The notes under the pieces: generated by a model
Databases searched by the model: none
Seen by the model: the letters and a program-made list of their open reading frames with translations, nothing else
What the model was told of the DNA's origin: nothing
Made by a program: the position numbers and the translations under genes
In this document: one piece after another, positions 60,491 to 64,000 of the stretch
Position numbering within the stretch: the stretch's first letter is position 1
Layout of the letters: each line of letters opens with the position of its first letter
From: Candidatus Levybacteria bacterium RIFCSPHIGHO2_01_FULL_41_15
GTDB lineage: Bacteria; Patescibacteriota; Microgenomatia; Levybacterales; UBA12049
Reading direction: 5' to 3'
Assembly: GCA_001782165.1 (NCBI GenBank)
Contig: MFNV01000002.1
Location: 15,747-79,746 of the forward strand
DNA: 64,000 nt

Positions 60491-60862
60491 CTATATAAGA
60501 GCGCTATGCTTTGATATAAATTGCGCTGTTGTGTTTGAGAGAAAAAGCTTTTTCACTTCTCCAAGAGTAAAAAAATCAAGCAGTTGGTTTTCTGCTCTTT
60601 GAATCTTATTTACGTTGTCGTCAGTTAGTCTGACATGATAGCAAGATTCCGATACATATTCAACGTTGTCAACTTTTACACCCATCTCTTCGTGTACACG
60701 TCTTTCAAGCGCTTTTTCAAAAGATTCTTCCTTCTCTTTAATTCCGCCGATAAGGCACCACGGGTGTTTTTCTTTATCAATTGAACTGTCGCTTTTATGC
60801 ATAAGAAGAACTTTATTTTTATATGTCAGAAGAATTAAACTTTGCTGGGTATTGCCATCCAT
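60491..60862 (-). CDS. NUDIX hydrolase
   Basis: Nudix box GGIKEKEESFEKALERRVHEEMGV. Confidence 0.7.
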   Translation of the reverse strand: MDGNTQQSLILLTYKNKVLLMHKSDSSIDKEKHPWCLIGGIKEKEESFEKALERRVHEEMGVKVDNVEYVSESCYHVRLTDDNVNKIQRAENQLLDFFTLGEVKKLFLSNTTAQFISKHSALI

Positions 60863-60928
60863 AAATACATTGTAGTCCTATTTACGACCAAAATGTTGAG
60901 GAGAAAAAATTACACGATTTATCACATC

Positions 60929-61104
60929 CCATCTGAGCACGCCGGCCAAGACCCGTCTAATCGTTATATCTCAAGCCAATTACCTACTGTCATAAGCGGA
61001 CCTCCGCGCTCAGGTCTTTGCGTCATCAGCCTCTCAATCATCGTATTCACAAATTTGTCATCTGGCTGAGCGTGCCGGTCTAGACCCGTTTGATCCTTAT
61101 AGCT
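60929..61104 (+). repeat. pair of ~45-bp imperfect direct repeats (catctgagcacgccggccaagacccgtctaatcgttatatct / catctggctgagcgtgccggtctagacccgtttgatccttatagct) ~130 bp apart, just beyond the 3' end of tRNA-Gln
   Basis: Seen directly; ~80% identity. Confidence 0.5.
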
Positions 61105-61138
61105 GAATCCCAGCTTTAGGGTTATAGTCCGAGTTTGC

Positions 61139-61207
61139 TGCCGGGCTTGGATTCGAACCAAGATAAACGGATCCAAAGTCCGTTGTCCTACCATTAGACG
61201 ACCCGGC
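61139..61207 (-). tRNA. tRNA-Gln(UUG)
   Basis: Acceptor GCCGGGU/GCCCGGC, anticodon stem ACGGA/UCCGU with loop CUUUGGA, T-arm CUUGG-UUCGAAU-CCAAG. Confidence 0.75.
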
Positions 61208-61310
61208 AATACGCCTACATGATATCAGAAGACTAATTTAAGTTCAATAAAAACAATCTCCCACTCTTAAAATAGAGGGAAGGTTTACTGGTTATTATTT
61301 ATTGAAAAAT

Positions 61311-61643
61311 TTAATATTTTGGGCGGTTGGTTCTTCGATCCCTGCCGTTATCTCGTCCTCCGCCTCCAAAGCCTCTTTGATTGTTGTCTCTTGGCTGGAA
61401 TGGTCTTGCCTCGCTTACTGCGATCTGCCTTCCGTCAAGAGTCTGTCCGTTTAGTTCCTGCTTTGCTTTATCTGCCTCTTCATCTGATGACATCTCGACG
61501 AAACCAAATCCTTTGGACCGTCCAGAATATTTATCCATGATGACATTTGCAGAAACTACCGTACCTGCTTTTGAGAAAAGCTCGGAAAGACTTGCGTCGT
61601 TGGTATCCCACGAAAGATTCCCAACAAATAGTTTTTTAGCCAT
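61311..61643 (-). CDS. glycine-rich RNA-binding protein with single RRM
   Basis: RNP-2 LFVGNL and RNP-1 KGFGFVEM; C-terminal RGG/Gly-rich tail. Confidence 0.85.
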   Translation of the reverse strand: MAKKLFVGNLSWDTNDASLSELFSKAGTVVSANVIMDKYSGRSKGFGFVEMSSDEEADKAKQELNGQTLDGRQIAVSEARPFQPRDNNQRGFGGGGRDNGRDRRTNRPKY

Positions 61644-61794
61644 GTATGTTTGTCACCTCCATTCTTTTAACTTTAACTTTCTCTGACAAACTTGACTGAC
61701 GAAACTATTTGTTGGTTTAGTCAGCAATCAGTTATCAAAAGAAGTCTATGCTAAAACAATTATACTTTATTTTTTGAAAATAGTCTATTGTCTG

Positions 61795-62718
61795 TCATGA
61801 AATGGGTTCTTTGCCAATTTCTGTTCTTGATTTTTGGAAAAAGTATCCGACCGAAGCAAAAGTCACAATTGGGGAAACATATGGAGGAACCTCAAATCCA
61901 AAGGCATCCAGGAGCATTGCTATTCCAAGGAAAAGTATCGAGTACATTGCACCGTTTTTGAGATACTTATATTTTTTAATCCTTTCGATATTTGAAACCG
62001 TGAGTTTTCGAAGAACAAGGGCTCCCAGCCCGTTTCCAAGAAGAATTAATGGAACAGAGAATGTGAAAGCAAATGCTCCTATTACCCCGTCTATCGAAAA
62101 AGTTGAGTCCAAAACTTCAAGATATGCAATTTTACTTACATCAGACATGCTGCCTTTCATAAGTCTTTTTTCTTGCTGTTCTGCAAAGCCTCTAAATCCA
62201 TGAATAATAAAAAAAGCAGTAGATCCCACAACAGCTGCAAAAGCAAGCATTGGATTTTTCAAAAGCGCAAACCATACGATTACCATAAGAAGAATAGATA
62301 CAATAGCAAAAAACCAGGCTCCTTGTCTTTGAAAGAATCCTTCTCCCCGGAGTCCAAAATGCTTGGGTTCCAAAAACAGCCAATTGAAAAAAAGAAAGAT
62401 AAGAAATACTCCCCCTGACAGAAGAAGAAGCGGTGAAGACTGTTCTATTGCGTGAATCGCTCTCGGATCTTTGGAGAATGAGGCAAAAATAACTCCCAAA
62501 GGTCCAAGGCTTGGGTTTGAAAGCCAAATGATAAGAAATGGCAAAAGACCCCGGACGATAAAAACTGCAAAAAGAATGCCCCATAAAAGAAACCATCCCT
62601 GAGCTTTTTTGCTCATTCCCGACAGAACCTCGGCATTTATAATTGCATTATCGACACTTGTGATTACTTCAAAAAGAGATAATCCCAAAACTATAAAGAT
62701 CAAAAATAAAATCTCCAT
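61795..62718 (-). CDS. hypothetical polytopic membrane protein
   Basis: 307 aa, ~8 hydrophobic helices. Confidence 0.4.
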   Translation of the reverse strand: MEILFLIFIVLGLSLFEVITSVDNAIINAEVLSGMSKKAQGWFLLWGILFAVFIVRGLLPFLIIWLSNPSLGPLGVIFASFSKDPRAIHAIEQSSPLLLLSGGVFLIFLFFNWLFLEPKHFGLRGEGFFQRQGAWFFAIVSILLMVIVWFALLKNPMLAFAAVVGSTAFFIIHGFRGFAEQQEKRLMKGSMSDVSKIAYLEVLDSTFSIDGVIGAFAFTFSVPLILLGNGLGALVLRKLTVSNIERIKKYKYLKNGAMYSILFLGIAMLLDAFGFEVPPYVSPIVTFASVGYFFQKSRTEIGKEPIS

Positions 62719-62800
62719 GCCTTTTATTATATAAAATTGACCAGTCTAATTAAATTGCCAGTTTAAAAAATCTTAATAAGTTCGCTTTTATTCACTGTAT

Positions 62801-63778
62801 TTGTTTGGTACAATTCTTAGAATGCGAAGGGTCCGCCTTTTTCTTTTTGGCATTTTCATTATAAGTTTATTACTGGTAGGATTCATAAGGTATGGAAGTG
62901 GTCAAAATTATAAACTCCAGTCCCCTCTTCCTGACTTTCTTACAGCAGCTGTAAATGAACAAGTTTCAACTATTGACCTTTGGCAACCTCTTTTTGATTT
63001 TATAGCGGGGAATTCCAACGAAATCCCTGAAGTAACAGCAAAATCTGTTCTTGTTTATGATTTGACAGAAAATAAAATAACTTATGAAAAAAATAGCACA
63101 CAGAGACTGCCGATTGCCTCCCTCACCAAAGTTATGACGGCAATTGTCGCATTGGAAAATCCAAAAGATAATGACAGATATAAAGTTTTAAAAGAAAATC
63201 TTGTAGGAGAAAACAGCATGGGGCTTTCGGAAGGAGAAGTTTTAAGTCTTGAGGAACTTGCCTACGGACTCATACTCTCTTCCGGTAATGATTCATCAGA
63301 GGTTTTAGCAAGCAACCACACTTATAGTCGGGAGAATTTTATTAAGGCAATGAATGATAAAGCAAAGGCTCTGGGGCTTTCAGACACGAACTTTACAAAC
63401 CCTTCCGGGCTTGAGGGAGATGGCAATCAATATTCAACAGCAAAGGATCTTTTGGTTATAACGCGCTTTGCTCTTTCAAGCCTTCCAGTTTTTCGCAAAG
63501 TAGTGTCTACTGTTTCGTATCGTATTCCTCAAACCTCCAGCCATAAGGAGTTCTATTTAGAAAATGAGACAAACCTTCTCACAAGTTACCCTGGCGTCAA
63601 GGGAGTCAAAACGGGCTATACAGATGAAGCTGGACTTTGCTTGATTACTTATTTGGATTACAAGGGGCATAAAATTATAGGAATTATTCTTGGAAGCGAT
63701 AACAGGAGGCAGGAAATGAAAGATTTGCTCGATTATTCCCTGAAGTCTTTGGGAGCTGAGCCGCCCGAGCACAGTTGA
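62801..63778 (+). CDS. D-alanyl-D-alanine carboxypeptidase (S11 family, DacA-like)
   Basis: SxxK (ASLTK), SxN (SSGND) and KTG (VKTGYT) motifs; N-terminal membrane anchor. Confidence 0.85.
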   Translation: MFGTILRMRRVRLFLFGIFIISLLLVGFIRYGSGQNYKLQSPLPDFLTAAVNEQVSTIDLWQPLFDFIAGNSNEIPEVTAKSVLVYDLTENKITYEKNSTQRLPIASLTKVMTAIVALENPKDNDRYKVLKENLVGENSMGLSEGEVLSLEELAYGLILSSGNDSSEVLASNHTYSRENFIKAMNDKAKALGLSDTNFTNPSGLEGDGNQYSTAKDLLVITRFALSSLPVFRKVVSTVSYRIPQTSSHKEFYLENETNLLTSYPGVKGVKTGYTDEAGLCLITYLDYKGHKIIGIILGSDNRRQEMKDLLDYSLKSLGAEPPEHS

Positions 63779-63834
63779 ATATAACCTGAAGTTAAAGTAA
63801 AATAGAAGACAGGCTCGCCGAGTTTGGCAGGCAA

Positions 63835-63919
63835 GCCGCGGTGGTGGAATGGTAGACATGAGGGCCTTAAGAGCCCTTGTCGGAAACGGCGTGAGAGTTC
63901 GACTCTCTCCCGCGGCACC
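63835..63919 (+). tRNA. tRNA-Leu(UAA)
   Basis: Acceptor GCCGCGG/CCGCGGC, anticodon stem AGGGC/GCCCU with loop CUUAAGA, long variable arm UGUCGGAAACGGCGU, T-arm GAGAG-UUCGACU-CUCUC. Confidence 0.85.
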
Positions 63920-64000
63920 CTTTCGCTTTGCTCAGGGTAAACTATCTGATGGCATACTTTGTTTATATAGTAAAGTGCAGAGATAGTGTGCTGTATACAG

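Overview
This 64 kb window is a low-GC, gene-dense bacterial chromosome segment with reduced domain architectures (short ThrRS, PheT and trigger factor), which fits a CPR/Patescibacteria-like organism; that placement is inference. It mixes housekeeping genes with a complete Gram-positive-style type IV pilus locus. Identified housekeeping genes include efp, an RluA-family pseudouridine synthase gene, yebC, xerD-like, folD, gyrA, ppa, gyrB, a MurF-like ligase gene, holB, trmD, rpsP, rnc, nusB, rpmF, recG, tyrS, a PBP1A gene, pheST, rplT, rpmI, infC, thrS, tig and a dacA-like gene. The pilus locus runs pilB-pilT-pilC-pilA-pilD, five minor pilins, then pilM-pilN-pilO, with no secretin. Thirteen tRNA genes are present: all five Leu isoacceptors plus Val x2, Gly, Phe and Gln, mostly in two minus-strand arrays. 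Points worth a second look: (1) a 13-codon Phe-rich leader ORF (MYKIFSFRFFFNS) followed by two hairpins and a U-tract between rplT and pheS, resembling the E. coli pheM attenuator; (2) an IS200/IS605-like HuH tyrosine transposase (RAYT-like) bracketed by REP-like palindromic repeats, with a third inverted copy at the 3' end of the rluA-family gene; (3) a small GIY-YIG nuclease ORF inside the tRNA array, abutting a truncated tRNA 5' half; (4) 7-nt tandem repeats inside pilD and the rluA-family gene that would frameshift on copy-number change; (5) a GT2 glycosyltransferase gene broken at an A7 homopolymer; (6) recurring ACTAGT-centred palindromes and a GC-rich structured element in intergenic regions.
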